58,687 nt of DNA from Atractiella rhizophila (taxonomy: Eukaryota). The stretch is taken from assembly GCA_021432655.1 (NCBI GenBank), contig MU271319.1:35514-94200 (forward strand), written 5' to 3'. Of the stretch, positions 1 through 12,963 are shown in pieces. A model generated the notes under the pieces. It was not told the DNA's origin. It worked only from the letters and a program-made list of their open reading frames with translations, and did not search any database. The position numbers and the translations under genes were made by a program. Within the stretch, counting starts at the first letter, position 1; every line of letters begins with the position of its first letter.

Positions 1-109
1 GAGCCGTACCGTAGCGGTACGGACGGTTGCGGTGGACAGCCCTACCGGAGCAGGAGTCACGAACGTTTGACGGTGCTGCGGTGCTGCGTTTCTGGAGTCG
101 ACTACACTA
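1..109 (-). mobile_element. Possible terminus of a DNA transposon (hAT-like end with subterminal repeats), running off the window
   Basis: Minus strand from 109 reads TAGTGTAGTCGACTCC, followed by short direct and inverted motifs (GCAGCACCG twice; CCGTACCG/CGGTACGG at 4-22). This GC-rich stretch differs from the downstream DNA. The partner end is not visible. Confidence 0.3.
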
Positions 110-1909
110 TCCGATAGTCATGAGTCTAGTTCGATTTTGACGTCGGTTAATTAACGCCAATTTTGAGTACCAGACACATGTCGAAATACTCCTCCAATCC
201 TCCAATCCTGCTTCTGTCGTACAACGACCTCTCTGGAACTTATCATCCACCTTTACCTTAATAGGACTGCGCGCATGATCTGTTGAGCTCCAAATGGGCA
301 AAAGTGTGTTCGTCCTGCTTGTTTGTGGGCTGCGGATATCGGGGAATTAAGTCTGCAACAAACTGCTCCGAGTTTATAAAACGATGATAAAATGATTGAT
401 GTGAAGCGCGCCAACCTGAACGTCGCAGTGTTTTACCAAGGGGTTGTGATTCCATCCACTCATAATCCCAACTGACACAACTTCAACCTGCCCAACTCCG
501 GTTCCTCAATCTTACTCTTTTCCTTAAGACATAGACTTCTTCAGGTGTCGGCTCCTTCAGTGTTCTGGGGTCCCCTAATGGGTCAAATTTTTCAGAAGGC
601 TCGAAGTGAGGTGGCAAAAAGCAATCAAAAGTACGTCGTGTATTCATCAACCTCGTCCCAATGGAGATGACACAAATCCGACTCAGAGCTGAGGATGATG
701 ACACATCGAGTAATATTCTCCAAGCTTCGGATATTCTTCGAAGTAACCACTTTTAACGCTTGGGTGTTGAAACTTACGGTCGTTTTGATTTTACAGATGA
801 AAATACCTCACCTCAATGGTTCGATCTCCCCTTCCTCCTGCATAATATCTGTTGTTCAACAATGGTATTGACAGCGTCATCAATGCTCCTACCATAGGAG
901 GAACTGATACTTGGGCTGGTTCTCGCTTTGGCCATGACACAAGGGGCGCGAAGCTTCTTCTGGTTCTGGATCGCTTCCTTGCTCCTCACCACCTGCGTGG
1001 CATGCGTTGACATTACCTCGCGTTACCATGCCTGTATGTCAATTCCTTTGCTGCCTTTACTCCCAAGATTTGGGCTGATACCCTCCTTCTCACTAGCCAT
1101 CGCTGAATCCCCTCCGGACGCTGCAGATGGATTCGCCCCCTGGCTTCTATTCTGGAGCCTTCAGAATCTTATCGCCTTTTCTCACACCGCGGACCATCCC
1201 GAAGAATACAAATCGGTATCGCGCTTCTTGCCGATGCTCACTGGCCCCTGGTTCATAGCCGAAATCTTAATCTTTTTTCGGAAGCGCAGAACAGGACAAA
1301 GTAGAAGTCAGAAGCGGAGATGCTGATGTATGATGAGGCTAAGAAAGAGTATTGGTTCTAAACCTTGCCTTCGTTAGTACCAAGCGGTTGCATGGTTTGT
1401 ATGTGGTTCTCTGGCATTCTTGACTGTGACGTCTCCTTTCGTCTAGGATTGTGTAATATATATCAAAAATGGATGTGCTTACTTGCAACCAACCGTCTCT
1501 ACTCTGGCCTCGACTAGCTCGACAAGCTCCAGCCTACAAAGAAGGAGCCAGAAGGACCCTAACCCTATGCTTCAAGTTGGAACTGATTTGGGAACAGGAC
1601 GTCACTCTGTGCACCTTTCTTTCACGGGAATTTCTCCGTCAGCACGTCAGCAGTCTCAGTAGACTCTCGCTCTGTAGCCTCAGCAGGAAAGAGCACAGAA
1701 GAAGGCTAAGCAAGTGAAATACATTGGCTGGAGAATAAGAAAGTCGGAGTATAAGTGCAGGAGTTCGGTCTGTCAAAATCATCCGCCGAACCTCGTTTAT
1801 AAACGTCTGTCTTCCCTTTCAAGTTCGCTCCTCTTTTAGACTCACAGACGTCCACACAGGACCTGGTTTCATTTCGTATCAGCAATAATCGAGTGCGAAA
1901 GAGTGCAAA

Positions 1910-4867
1910 ATGGGACTCTTCACAGGCCTCAAATCGCGTTCCAACAATCCGAATCCAGAGAGCGGCAACAACACGAACGATGTCCCCCCTCTCGCCCACC
2001 GCCAACGCCACCAACTCTTCTACCTCGGACACGCCCACGGCGACAGACATCCCCAGCATCTCCGTCTCTCGGCCCTCCGTCTCGCGTCCCAACCTGAACT
2101 CTCTCCCAACGCCGTCCCCGCGTCCGTCACAGGGCCAGGCCACGCTCCGACCCCAATCGTCTCAACGGTCGATGGGCTCCGTTCTCCGCTCCACCGCGGC
2201 CAGCGTCCGTCAGAGTTAGGAAGCGGCCGTCGAGGGAGCGACCTGGGACCGGGGGAAGTGGGCCAGGTGTGATGGGAAAACCTGGATGAGGATGTGGACA
2301 TGACGGAGGAAGTCGGGGAGGGAGAGAGTGCTACGCCTGGAATTTCTAATGCTGCTCTTCAAGGAAAAGGTAGCCCTGCAAGCGCCAGTGCTGGATTGAA
2401 GGGACAGAAACCTGGACAATTCTTGACCCCTCCCACTGCGGAAGGCGCTGGTAGGATGAGAAGCAGGTCAGCTCCTGGAGAAGCGAGGGATGGAGGATCG
2501 CTTTCTGTTTCCCCTTCTGCGTGGGGAAGCGGAGCGGGAGCTGGAGGAAGGGGGAGGAGAGGAAGCGTGGTTGAGAGCGTGGTGAGGGGCACGCCGATCG
2601 TGGAGGAGACGGAGATGGATTGGACTCAGGGGGAGCNNNNNNNNNNNNNNNNNNNNNNNNNNNNNNNNNNNNNNNNNNNNNNNNNNNNNNNNNNNNNNNN
2701 NNNNNNNNNNNNNNNNNNNNNNNNNNNNNNNNNNNNNNNNNNNNNNNNNNNNNNNNNNNNNNNNNNNNNNNNNNNNNNNNNNNNNNNNNNNNNNNNNNNN
2801 NNNNNNNNNNNNNNNNNNNNNNNNNNNNNNNNNNNNNNNNNNNNNNNNNNNNNNNNNNNNNNNNNNNNNNNNNNNNNNNNNNNNNNNNNNNNNNNNNNNN
2901 NNNNNNNNNNNNNNNNNNNNNNNNNNNNNNNNNNNNNNNNNNNNNNNNNNNNNNNNNNNNNNNNNNNNNNNNNNNNNNNNNNNNNNNNNNNNNNNNNNNN
3001 NNNNNNNNNNNNNNNNNNNNNNNNNNNNNNNNNNNNNNNNNNNNNNNNNNNNNNNNNNNNNNNNNNNNNNNNNNNNNNNNNNNNNNNNNNNNNNNNNNNN
3101 NNNNNNNNNNNNNNNNNNNNNNNNNNNNNNNNNNNNNNNNNNNNNNNNNNNNNNNNNNNNNNNNNNNNNNNNNNNNNNNNNNNNNNNNNNNNNNNNNNNN
3201 NNNNNNNNNNNNNNNNNNNNNNNNNNNNNNNNNNNNNNNNNNNNNNNNNNNNNNNNNNNNNNNNNNNNNNNNNNNNNNNNNNNNNNNNNNNNNNNNNNNN
3301 NNNNNNNNNNNNNNNNNNNNNNNNNNNNNNNNNNNNNNNNNNNNNNNNNNNNNNNNNNNNNNNNNNNNNNNNNNNNNNNNNNNNNNNNNNNNNNNNNNNN
3401 NNNNNNNNNNNNNNNNNNNNNNNNNNNNNNNNNNNNNNNNNNTGGAAGTTTTATACCACACGTACGCCTTTTCATTTCTCCTTCTTCTCTCTTCAGCTTT
3501 CATCGAGTGGCTGACGATGATTGTAGCGCTCTGGGGTTCATCACGACCACTTATTTCTTCCTCATTACCTTCTGGGGATCTGCCATCTTCCTTTTCATCA
3601 TCGGATGGATCCCAGGCACTGAAGGAGACTCACGCGTATGTCTTCCCTTCTCCTCTTCCACCCTACGCCGCCTGGCCAGCGTTGTTGACATCATGTTCTT
3701 GCATGTAGCGGTACTGGATCGAGATTTGTGACCAAATCCTCTGCGCACTTTTCACCGTCGTCGGAAGTGCGTATATTCCACTCTTGCTCTGCTCCAGCTG
3801 AATCTTTGATACCGTGGTTCATGATAGTTGGACTCGCACCGTTCAGGGCTAGGGACACGTACATCATGTATCACATTGTGAAATATTACCGCAAGTCAGA
3901 GAAAATTCGGGTTCGTCTTTCCTTTCCTCACCCCGGTTGCTTTGTTTGCTTTTGCTCGCTAGGTCTCATAGATTTGGTTTGTCCGTGGATAGAAAGCACG
4001 CCATCTGCCCAAGCTGACGGATAAAAATGAACTGCCGTCCCATAACTTGGATCCGGAGGAAGAGGCCCCGTATTATAATAAAACGGACGAGATCGTGTTG
4101 TCCCCAGAGGATCAGGAGCAGTTGGTTTATTATCAGACTAAGTTCCACGTAAGCTCCTTCTAGAAGGTGGATCATTTCACTAATGGACGAGATGATTGTA
4201 GGAAAGCCACTCGTTCTATCGCGCCCATGAGACGGCTACACATTATGCCTTCCCTATTAAGCTCATGGTCACCATCGTCCTCCTTCTCGACTTCCACAGC
4301 GTCTTCCAATCTTGTCTCGGCGGAGTGTTCGTCTTTCTTTCCTATCCTCCTCTTCTCCTCTCACTGACCATTCGTGTTTTTATTATCGTCAATAGAACCT
4401 GGGGAATAAACTATCTCGACCGTCCCACCTGGCCACCGATCTTCCTCATCTCCTGCTCCCTCTCCTGTTCCATATCCGCCGGTGTCCTCATTGCTCGAGG
4501 GGGATCGAAGACTAAGAAGACGGAGGAGGTGGAAAGGAGGCTGAGGGCTGCTTTGGAGAAGGAGGCGTTGTTGCAGATCCAGCATAAGAGGGAGAGGGAG
4601 GAACAGAAGAGGAAGGAACACGAGGAGGCGTTGAAGGTCATGGATGAAGCGGCGAGGGCTACGGATGAGGCTTTGCTCGGTAAGTCAAAATTTCCTATTC
4701 TAATGACCTGGAGTCACGTGGAGAGGATGCACTTCTTATTTCATTTGGGGAGCAGAGAGGGAGAGAGACCATGCGAACGGAATACATCATGGACATCATT
4801 TTTGGAAAAAATAATCTGTTCGACTCAAATCTTACGGCGCCCAGACCAGCACCAACCACCAGATTGA
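1910..4867 (+). CDS. DUF2985-family integral membrane protein; multi-exon, spans the assembly gap, both ends approximate
   Basis: Spliced translation after the gap gives GFITTTYFFLITFWGSAIFLFIIGWI, WIEICDQILCALF, GLAPFRARDTY, FYRAHETATHYAFPIKLMVTIVLLLDFHSVFQ and SCSISAGVLIARGGSKTKKTEEVERRLR, motifs I recognise from fungal DUF2985 proteins. A Ser/Pro-rich N-terminal region lies at 1910-2636 with apparent frameshifts. Confidence 0.75.
2637..3442. other. Assembly gap (806 N)
   Basis: Run of N in the sequence. Confidence 1.
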
Positions 4868-5891
4868 ATTTGACTCGTTACTTTATCTTTTCAATCTTTC
4901 AAGTTTTCTACAAGAAACCAAACAACGTTGCGCTTGTGAATATACCATTTCCTCACTTCCTTCTTACTCGGCCACTTTCCACATTCACGATTACGAACAT
5001 TGGTTGAATATTATGTCACGCTAAACTCACTTGCTAATTACTTCGTTATAACTTGAGAATAGAGCGTAGAATAACGAAAATTGTTCGTGAATGATCAACT
5101 AGAAAGTGTCTTGTTTGACCATCAGTGTCCCTGCAATCGCACACTGCGACGACATGACGACGATTACGAAGACAGTACCGAACCCGCATTTCAATTTCAA
5201 CTTGACCTTGTATGCCTCCAACCCCTTTAAAGCTCTCTCACTCCCGGGCTGTCGTATTCGAAATTGGGACATGAGATTGAGGTCGAGTGAGGTCCCTCTC
5301 ATCCCTGCTCTCATTCTCAGACACCAAGTTGTCATCAACCGGCAAGCACTGTCTGGAACATTTCGGTGAATACGAAGTTGGACCTCCCCTAGCTACTCCC
5401 TCACCAATTCGCTCGTGCAACTGCCTAGCTCTTCAGCTTCCCTCCTTCTCCCGATGGCGATAAGATCGTCAAGCATCAAGACAATGTGCGGCGTGAAGAA
5501 GGTCTGAAGGGTTACTGCAGTTCGTGAGTCTGGAGGGGGATGAGCGCTAATGCTGAGCTTTGTGAGTATAGTGTGGGCAATACACAGTAAATTGTGTCAC
5601 TCAAAGCTTTTTCTAAGCAGGAAAGGACACGCAGAACTGGAGTTATCCACGCGCCTCCTACGACGGTGTCACGAAATTAAGTCAATATTTCCTCTCGATT
5701 ACGGTCGAAGTCAACCGACGGGTGACCTGAATCCATCCTAGAAGGTCCAAGTCCAAAATGAACGAACTTTGCTTTAGTCGAGGCCTTCACGTGGCGTCGA
5801 AGGCGCGTCGTGGCGACAATCTTGCTTGTTTTGAATTTTAAATTTACAATCCTTCCCACTCCTACAGCGAGTCAAAACAAGTCAAACAACC

Positions 5892-8371
5892 ATGCAACCT
5901 CTCTGCCTGGTATATGCCATTATTGAAGGGGAAACGTATCACCCTCCAACTGTCGTTCGCCTCGACAAATCACAGCATAACGATATATCGGACCTTCAAA
6001 ATCAAATTCGAGGTGCTATAAACATCCAATCTCTCAGCCTCCCGAGAGCCACCGAAGAAGCTTGTCGACTGAGGGTCTGGAAAGTCAACACGCAACTTCC
6101 AGTAGCCACACCTCATGAAAGAGGCCACGCCGCTTCTGTTGTCCAATCGATCGAGTTTCGTTGGAGCCTGGAGGCAGATGATCATCATATCTCCCCGAAA
6201 AGCCCGGATTTGTCGTTGGAGTTTCTTGCTCCACACTCTCTGCTCAACTCTCATTGGACAGCTCAACCAGAAGAGTCAAAATTGCATCTCATCCTCGAAA
6301 TATTGCCATGGGTCAAGTGTTCGTTGCTCCTCCCTCACATTTCCCTTCAGTCCTAACTGATTTACCAGCCCCAAAACTTACTCCCCTACAACAGCTTGCA
6401 AGAATCAAGACGGACCCCAAGGCATCATTATCTGCTGAAACTGTCCTCAGGATGAATCGAATCCGCTTTGTTGCCAATGAGTCCGCTGTACTCAACGCCG
6501 CGAAAGAAAAACTGGCCGAGTTCTTCCTCTTGCCTAACGAGCTGAACACATACTCTACATTCGTGAACCAGCTTCAATCCGAATTTGGTAGCCCCACTTC
6601 CAACCGGACGGCCAGTGAGAGAGAGCTCAGCCATTACGCCGCCGCGCTGGGGTACTGCCTCGATGTTTCGCTCGAGCGATATCGACAGAGTAAACTCAGT
6701 TACTTTAATGCAACGTATATGGATCCCGTGGCGAAGGAGCTATCTTGCAGGTTGCAGAAAGAACAACTGTCCAACTTTTTTTCGTGAGCAAGCTTGGTTA
6801 AGCAAGAGCTGAGCTGACGCCTGAATTTAGCGGTGAAGAGTGGCCATTTCATGTATTGCCTTTCGCGACCAATATTGCAGACGGGACCGTTTCCCAGTTC
6901 AAATTTCTCCCTCGAAGCGATTACGAGTTTCGGAACGATTCCGAAAGAATCCCGCGACTTCTAGTTCAGGTTCAGTCTCAACCAACAGAGAAGGACAGAA
7001 CAGGGATGCTACTTCAAGCGGCAGCCTTAGTTAGGATTGCGCAGGATGCTATCAACTCGAAGAATGATCAACCGTGGCCATTTATTCTGATCTGTTGTTA
7101 TGTAACGGATTCGCTCACAGTTAGCCGATACCTAATGTGTTGTGAAGATATCACAAAGCCTAAGGAATCCCTATTTGCCACTTTCAGAAAGTCTTCTCTA
7201 ACAGCTTTGCAGGGAGACATTCTCTATCGACGCGATGATTATTGGCTTAAATTTAAAGAGCAAGCGTTCAGGTTTCTCCTTGAGCTATACAATTCGCCTT
7301 CGGTCATCGATTGGGAGAAACCAATCGACTCCTCCAACATTCTCCAAAATCTAAAACGTTCAAACTTAGAGGAGTTCAAATCTTTCTACTCGCCTGGTAC
7401 TGATAACAAGAATGAAAAGTGTGCCATGGACGATAATGGCCGTGATCAATCGCGGAGCAGCAACCGTCAAAATGCAGTGAAATTGGACGTTCCTAAAGTG
7501 AGGGAGGCTCTTGGGGCTGCAGGATACTCGCTTGTGCTACCTGAACCTGAGCCTGAGGATCCCAGTGAATGGACCATATTTGATTCGGTTAGTCCCTGCA
7601 AGGCTAATCTTCTGAGCTTGACCATGATGATAACAGACTGCGATTTGTTCTCCTTCAGTATCAAAATTGAGGCGGCGACGAGATGGGGAGCAGCTCGTTG
7701 TCAGGATTGTCGAGAGTTCAGACCATGAAGAGATGGAGATACATCGTTGTCTCGCGAGCATCGCTGACTCAAGAAACCATACGATCAAAATTATCGAAGT
7801 TTTAGAATGTGCAGGGGATCGTCTCCTCATTCTTCCACGCGGACTCCCCTTGCGATTCAACTTTGATGGCCGCACTTATGGCGCGATATCTCTGTGCGAG
7901 CAACTCCTCGATGGTGTCGGATTCATGCATAGTCGTGGCTTCGCACACATGGATTTGAAACCAGAAAACCTCGTAACCATTGATGAGACTCTCCAGATCA
8001 TCGATTTTGGATTATCATGTCACGTTGGTTGTGGTACGGTTTTGAAAGGCTTCAGGGGGACGAGGACGTGGGTCGCCCCAGAAGTTGGGGAAGTAGACGG
8101 GCCAGACCAGATATTCGAGCCCATCCCTGCCGATTTGTGGTCTACAGGTACTGTCATCCTTCGTTTCTTCGGTCCATTTCTCCCACATGGGCACCAGCTT
8201 TTGGAACTTGCAAATCGATTGACCTCAGAAAACCCAAAGTCTCGACCACGTTTGGATACGGTTAGAATGGATCGAAACTCGAGAAAGAGGTCCGCCGAAC
8301 CAGGTAATTCGCCAGACAGGAAACGCAGCTTTATCCCCCGCCAGAGTTCGAAGCATCCGATTAGAAAGTGA
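5892..8371 (+). CDS. Crinkler (CRN)-like N-terminal domain + restriction-endonuclease-like domain + protein kinase domain, ~780 aa
   Basis: Phase-consistent exons 5892-6318, 6369-6783, 6831-7587 and 7637-8371 (GT-AG introns of 47-50 nt). The N-terminus has CRN-type motifs (DISDLQNQI, LRVWKV, KLHLILEILP). The middle has EWPFH...PRSDY...PRLLVQVQS...MLLQAAALVR. The C-terminus has HMDLKPEN, IIDFG, GTRTWVAPE and ADLWSTG. Confidence 0.8.
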
Positions 8372-8496
8372 TTCATGTTTATTGTAGAAAGGACTAATAT
8401 GATCCCTGGAACGTTTCTGCTGCTCGGTAGACTATAGAAATACAAGTATTTCCTTCAATCGCAAGCTATCAAAACATTCCATCAATACATCATTCA

Positions 8497-9096
8497 CTGT
8501 AGCTCGGCGGAGGGAGACTGTTCAATTTGTAGAGAACGACAATATATTGACTTTAAACCGTTCATCGTCCCTGCGAGGAACTGATTGAGCGAAGCGAGGG
8601 ACAACGGAACAACAATGTTGCGGAAACTAGTTCAGTCTGTTATTGTATAGTTTCTGACAAAAACGCTTCTGTATCCCTCATGTTCCAAGCCTTCATTTGA
8701 GCGAGGTCAGTCCAAGGTTTGCGCGAAGTGAAGCAAAGAGACGCACCACGTCTATCCAACATCTCTTGAACGGACGCAAGATGCTTACTTGGTTTCACTT
8801 GAACTGGAACTTTATTTTGATCGTATCCTATTGCAGCAAACGACTTGTTTGTGAAACCCTGGTAAGGCGAGTTTCCACAGGCAATACGTGTTCTGCTCGA
8901 GAGGTCTGTCCGGAGGGCATGGAAGGATCAGGAGGCGGACATGCATAGATGGTAAATCGTTCCTGGGTAGGTTCAGATACCAAAAGGGGTGCCTCCAAGG
9001 TCCTGCAGGTGCTTCTTCTGGATGGTCAGCGAGGCGGAGGTTCGCCCACACTAAGATCGTTTCGTGAGTAATGATGAGGCCGCCGCAAACTGGCAT
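8497..9096 (-). CDS. Small hypothetical spliced protein
   Basis: ORF MPVCGGLIITHETILVWANLRLADHPEEAP follows a ...TTGACAG acceptor-like site, with further open segments downstream. No recognisable domain. Confidence 0.3.
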
Positions 9097-9525
9097 CTGT
9101 CAAAAGAGATAAGTCAAGTGTCAAAGCATACCAGGGACTTGCCTTGAGTATAATGGCGCTAGGCCTGGGTGTTATTGTTAAGAATAAGAGACCCTGTACC
9201 AATTGCGTTGTCTACCGCTACCAAATCGATAACGTCGTCAACTGATTCTGAAACAGCTACATACATATAGCAGTGAATGTTAGCTGAAGTAGGACTAGCA
9301 TATATAGCTTCTCTGCAAACTCACAGATAACTTTCTCGTTTACTCAAGCTTGAAGGAGCGTTTTTTGTTATAACTACGTCCAGGTTATTCTTGATTCTCG
9401 GCTCCATGGTAGCGTTCAGATATATTTCCTTACTTTCATTGTGATGCGAATATGACGATACTTTGCACCTGCGCAGAAAGTCTCAATCACATATTAACGC
9501 AGAAAGCTAGCTGGAAGCAAAGGCT

Positions 9526-10902
9526 CTATGTCCCAACTTGTAGACCGGATCCACGCTCTTCCTCGTCCTCCACCTCCCGAACGAAGCACCTCCCCCTTTC
9601 GCCTCTCATGCTCTCCCAATCCTCCACTTCTAACTCAAACTTCATCTCTCTCTCCATCTTTCCATCATCTAGGCGAGCCACGCCATCGTCACCATCCTCA
9701 TATTCGCCGTCCCCACCTCCTCCAACCCGCTTCCTCTTCTTCCCTTTCATATCATCTGCCTTTCGTTCACTCAGCTCTTCATCCAGCGCAGAATACATCT
9801 GATCGAACTCGATTACAACTGAAGGCTGCATCAATCTCCCCAATCTTGCCTCCTCTGATTCCTCAAACGGAGGTCCGACAGGTTTCTCTTCTCCTTGACC
9901 TTCCTTGGTCTCCTTTCCGGCGAGGGAGTTCCGCAACCGAATTGAATCGAGCTCACTCGGTGAGGAGGGGGAGTTGGACCATGATGTAGAGCCAAGGGTT
10001 GGGGTGTTGGCATGAGTGTGGGAGGTGGAAGTGGAGGTGGAGAGGTGCGGTCCTATGATTGAGGAGTGCGAGTGGGGGAGGAGGGAGGGAGGAGGAGGGA
10101 GAACCCATATTCGCTCACGGAGGCGTTTATGCTATCTCAAATTTCCATGAGTGACAATGTCAGATGCAAGGATTAAATAACAAACCCGTTCTCTGTCATC
10201 GTCAATTCGGATCTTAGTGTCTCGTTCGGAAAAAGTTGTTGACGAGTGGGATGACTGTTCATGTACGCTTTAAGGCATCCTGAGTATGGCTGTCAGTTGC
10301 TGAAGTTAGAGGAGACGAACATCTGTTTTCTGAGCTTCAAATTTTGTTCGACATGCTCAATAATTGACGATTCAATTATCCTCCTAGTTTTCCAAGTCTT
10401 CAGAACCTATGGATGCCTCATGAATGTATATATCTGGAATGGTAGGTTATGAACGAACCTGTTCGGTGCTCATGAGGTTTAGTAACCCGTCCAATGTTGC
10501 AGGAACCACAAGATCGACCAATTTTTGGAGGTCTCTCTTTACGAGGGTAAGGTATAAGGGAAAGGAAAGAGCTGCAGAAGCATCAAGGAGCGAATCTAGA
10601 GCATAGAACATGTTTATTCTCGAGTTTAGACTCGCCTGTTGGTATCAACATCAGCAATATTTCAGCCTTCAAGCATGAATAAGGAGAAGTGACCTACACG
10701 TTCACACTCTTCGAATAAACAGTCCCAGAGGTCGTCACCACACTTCGGGCCGTGCTTCAGAGCGAGGGAGACTAGTTTGAAGACGTCTTGATGTCGAGAA
10801 GTAAGTTTGCGCAGGGCTTGCACAAATTGCATCCGAACCTGTTCTAAAACGTCATTCCACTTCCCCTTCAGAGGAAAACAATCTTACTTCGAAGGCATCC
10901 AT
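9526..10902 (-). CDS. CTK3: CTD kinase I gamma subunit (Ctk3 family)
   Basis: Spliced translation MDAFE|VRMQFVQALRKLTSRHQDVFKLVSLALKHGPKCGDDLWDCLFEECER...RINMFYALDSLLD matches the Ctk3 N-terminal domain, and IRIDDDRER|HKRLRERIWVLP matches the CTK3_C motif. The last exon includes ORF 9526..9936. Confidence 0.88.
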
Positions 10903-11381
10903 TCTAAAGATTCGTTGCGTCGTTGATTATTGAGACTACTAGTTCCGGCCGCGCGCACGTGCATTTCCTTTGCAACCCCTGCTGCCCTGTTGTATTGCAA
11001 CTTGATGCAACTGGTGCGATATTTTATAACGGTGTGTCTGTTTTTGTTGTTTGTCTGGTTACACTTGGCCGCCAATCCTTTATATGCGGATTTGATGGTG
11101 CTCAGTGACCTTGGACACCGCTTTTAAGGAAAAGCAGCATTGTGAACAGCCACGATCCCGTTACGATCACGATAAAAGTCATACCTAAAGGGCTCAAGGG
11201 GTGTTACAGGGTGATAACAGTGGGTTTCCCCCAAGCTCTGCTCCAAACTTACAAAATTATGAGAGGGTCGTGCGGCGTTGGAGATATGTTTAATAATGCT
11301 GGGTTCTGGCAAATAATTACTGCTGTAAGGGTGCTACAAAGTACGACGAGAAGGAAGCTAGGTCGTTAACGAGAGAACTTA

Positions 11382-11400
11382 GGGCCAAGTCGCGACGCGT
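11382..11400. promoter_or_regulatory. 19-bp motif GGGCCAAGTCGCGACGCGT containing an MCB-like ACGCGT, ~480 bp upstream of CTK3
   Basis: Exactly identical to 16591-16609 upstream of MCM4. Confidence 0.4.
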
Positions 11401-11793
11401 ACGCTATTATTATTATTATCACTACATTTAGAACTGGAAAGGTCATGGGTACTCCCTTTACTTACAAATGTCATCGAGGCTAATTGAGAACAAAATGCAC
11501 AATGACGATCGATTGATGGTCTGACGCGCCAACCACAGCGAAGGAAACTGCGAATGATTATTTAGCTTCATACAGGCGACATTAGAATACGATGAATCAG
11601 CAAGAGGATGAATGAAAAAGAATGTGCAATGCTACCACGGGATTCTACCAATGAACATCAATCTACTGATTTCGTCAGGAATTGTTTGAAGAAATGCAAG
11701 GAGTGTACACCGATTCAGATGTTCAGGCATTGCCCTAGTATTCGTATTTAACTCACATATTCACACACCTGATCAACCAAAGACTTCACAGAG

Positions 11794-12963
11794 TTAATGT
11801 TCTGCCATGACCGCTATTCCTCGACTCGTAAGCTCATGAAACATAGCCTCTTCGGTCGTCATTCCCGCAAATTTGAGTCTCTTTAGTTTCGCCTCTGGCT
11901 TCTCTTGATAGTCAAATTCAGGCAAAGACCGGGCTGGGACAGAGCTTTGGGAGGGTGATAAACCAAGAATATCATGCCGCGAGGATCTGGTGCTGAATAA
12001 AGTAAAGCCAGGTGGGATTGCCTCATATGGCCAAAGTCCTGGATGCGGCAGAGAGGTTGGTCTCATCATATTCAATGATCGGCTTTGGGAAGGCGAAGCA
12101 GCCCACAATGCTTTCAAATAAATTGCTAGTGGTAAGTTGACCTGAGTCCTCAGTCAGTTCAAAGCACCGTGCCAGAAGAAAACCAACAAATGGATCTGCT
12201 GTCGCACTGTTGAAGCTGAAGTCTAGACGACCCGTTTGAACCCAAATGGCGATTGTTAGAGAAAGATATAACATAATCTGAGGGAAAAGATCGCGGCCAG
12301 TAACGCGAAAGTCCGTATAGCACGTCTTGCGATCGATGTGCCTAAAGAAATACTCGTAGCTTGGGATATCCGCGTCGAAATATGCATCGTAGGGTACGCT
12401 GCTTGCATCGAACTTTCCATAAAACTGAGAGTAGGGAATTCTGCCCGGATCAATATTCGTCTTCCGGATGGAATCTTCGCGGAATCGTAGGCATCCTTCT
12501 TCGATCACAATAAAATACTCTAAAACGTCGCGGTTAGGTAGGAACCCAAGGTTGCCATCATCAAACGGTCTGCTGTACTGTGACGGGAACATGTTTTGAT
12601 ATCCTTCTCTTCGGAAATCTGTTGGCAACAAATTGAGCCTGCCCAACGTAGTTTGCTTTTGAGACCATATCACCCATGTGATCACATTCCCAACTGGACA
12701 GAAAACAGATAACACACCAAGGAATCATCTTTCACCTCCAATATGTGGCACCACTCCACGCTGTGGTCGGCTATTTGGCTGAAAACACATCTCGTCCCCC
12801 CATAGCGACTGCGCATCCACTCCTCGTCGGCTCGCATAAGCATAAGTGACTGACGACTGGAGGTACTAGCTGATCGAGAAGAGGGTCGAGAAGGCTGAAG
12901 GCTCGGGAACACTCCCAATCCCTCCGGTATGGTCCATTCACCCGTGGAGACGGGCAATGTCAT
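11794..12963 (-). CDS. Fungal HNH endonuclease-like (HNH_2-type) protein, probably degenerate
   Basis: GGTRCVFSQIADHSVEWCHIL...YQNMFP...PFDDGNLGFLP resembles the RCxxT..xAHI..N..FD pattern. There is an intron near 12660-12715 and a frame change near 12023-12117. The second His is not evident. Confidence 0.55.

Noticed and set aside
107..1326. Gene in the first 1.3 kb
   Set aside because: There are fragmentary minus-strand ORFs with possible splice sites, but no consistent model or recognisable domain.
1910..2300. Programmed frameshift or readthrough in the 5' part of the DUF2985 gene
   Set aside because: The frame breaks lie at a C homopolymer and in GC-rich sequence close to a contig end; sequencing error is the simpler explanation.
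2294..3708. Long ORFs of 335-406 aa
   Set aside because: Artefacts of reading through the N gap.
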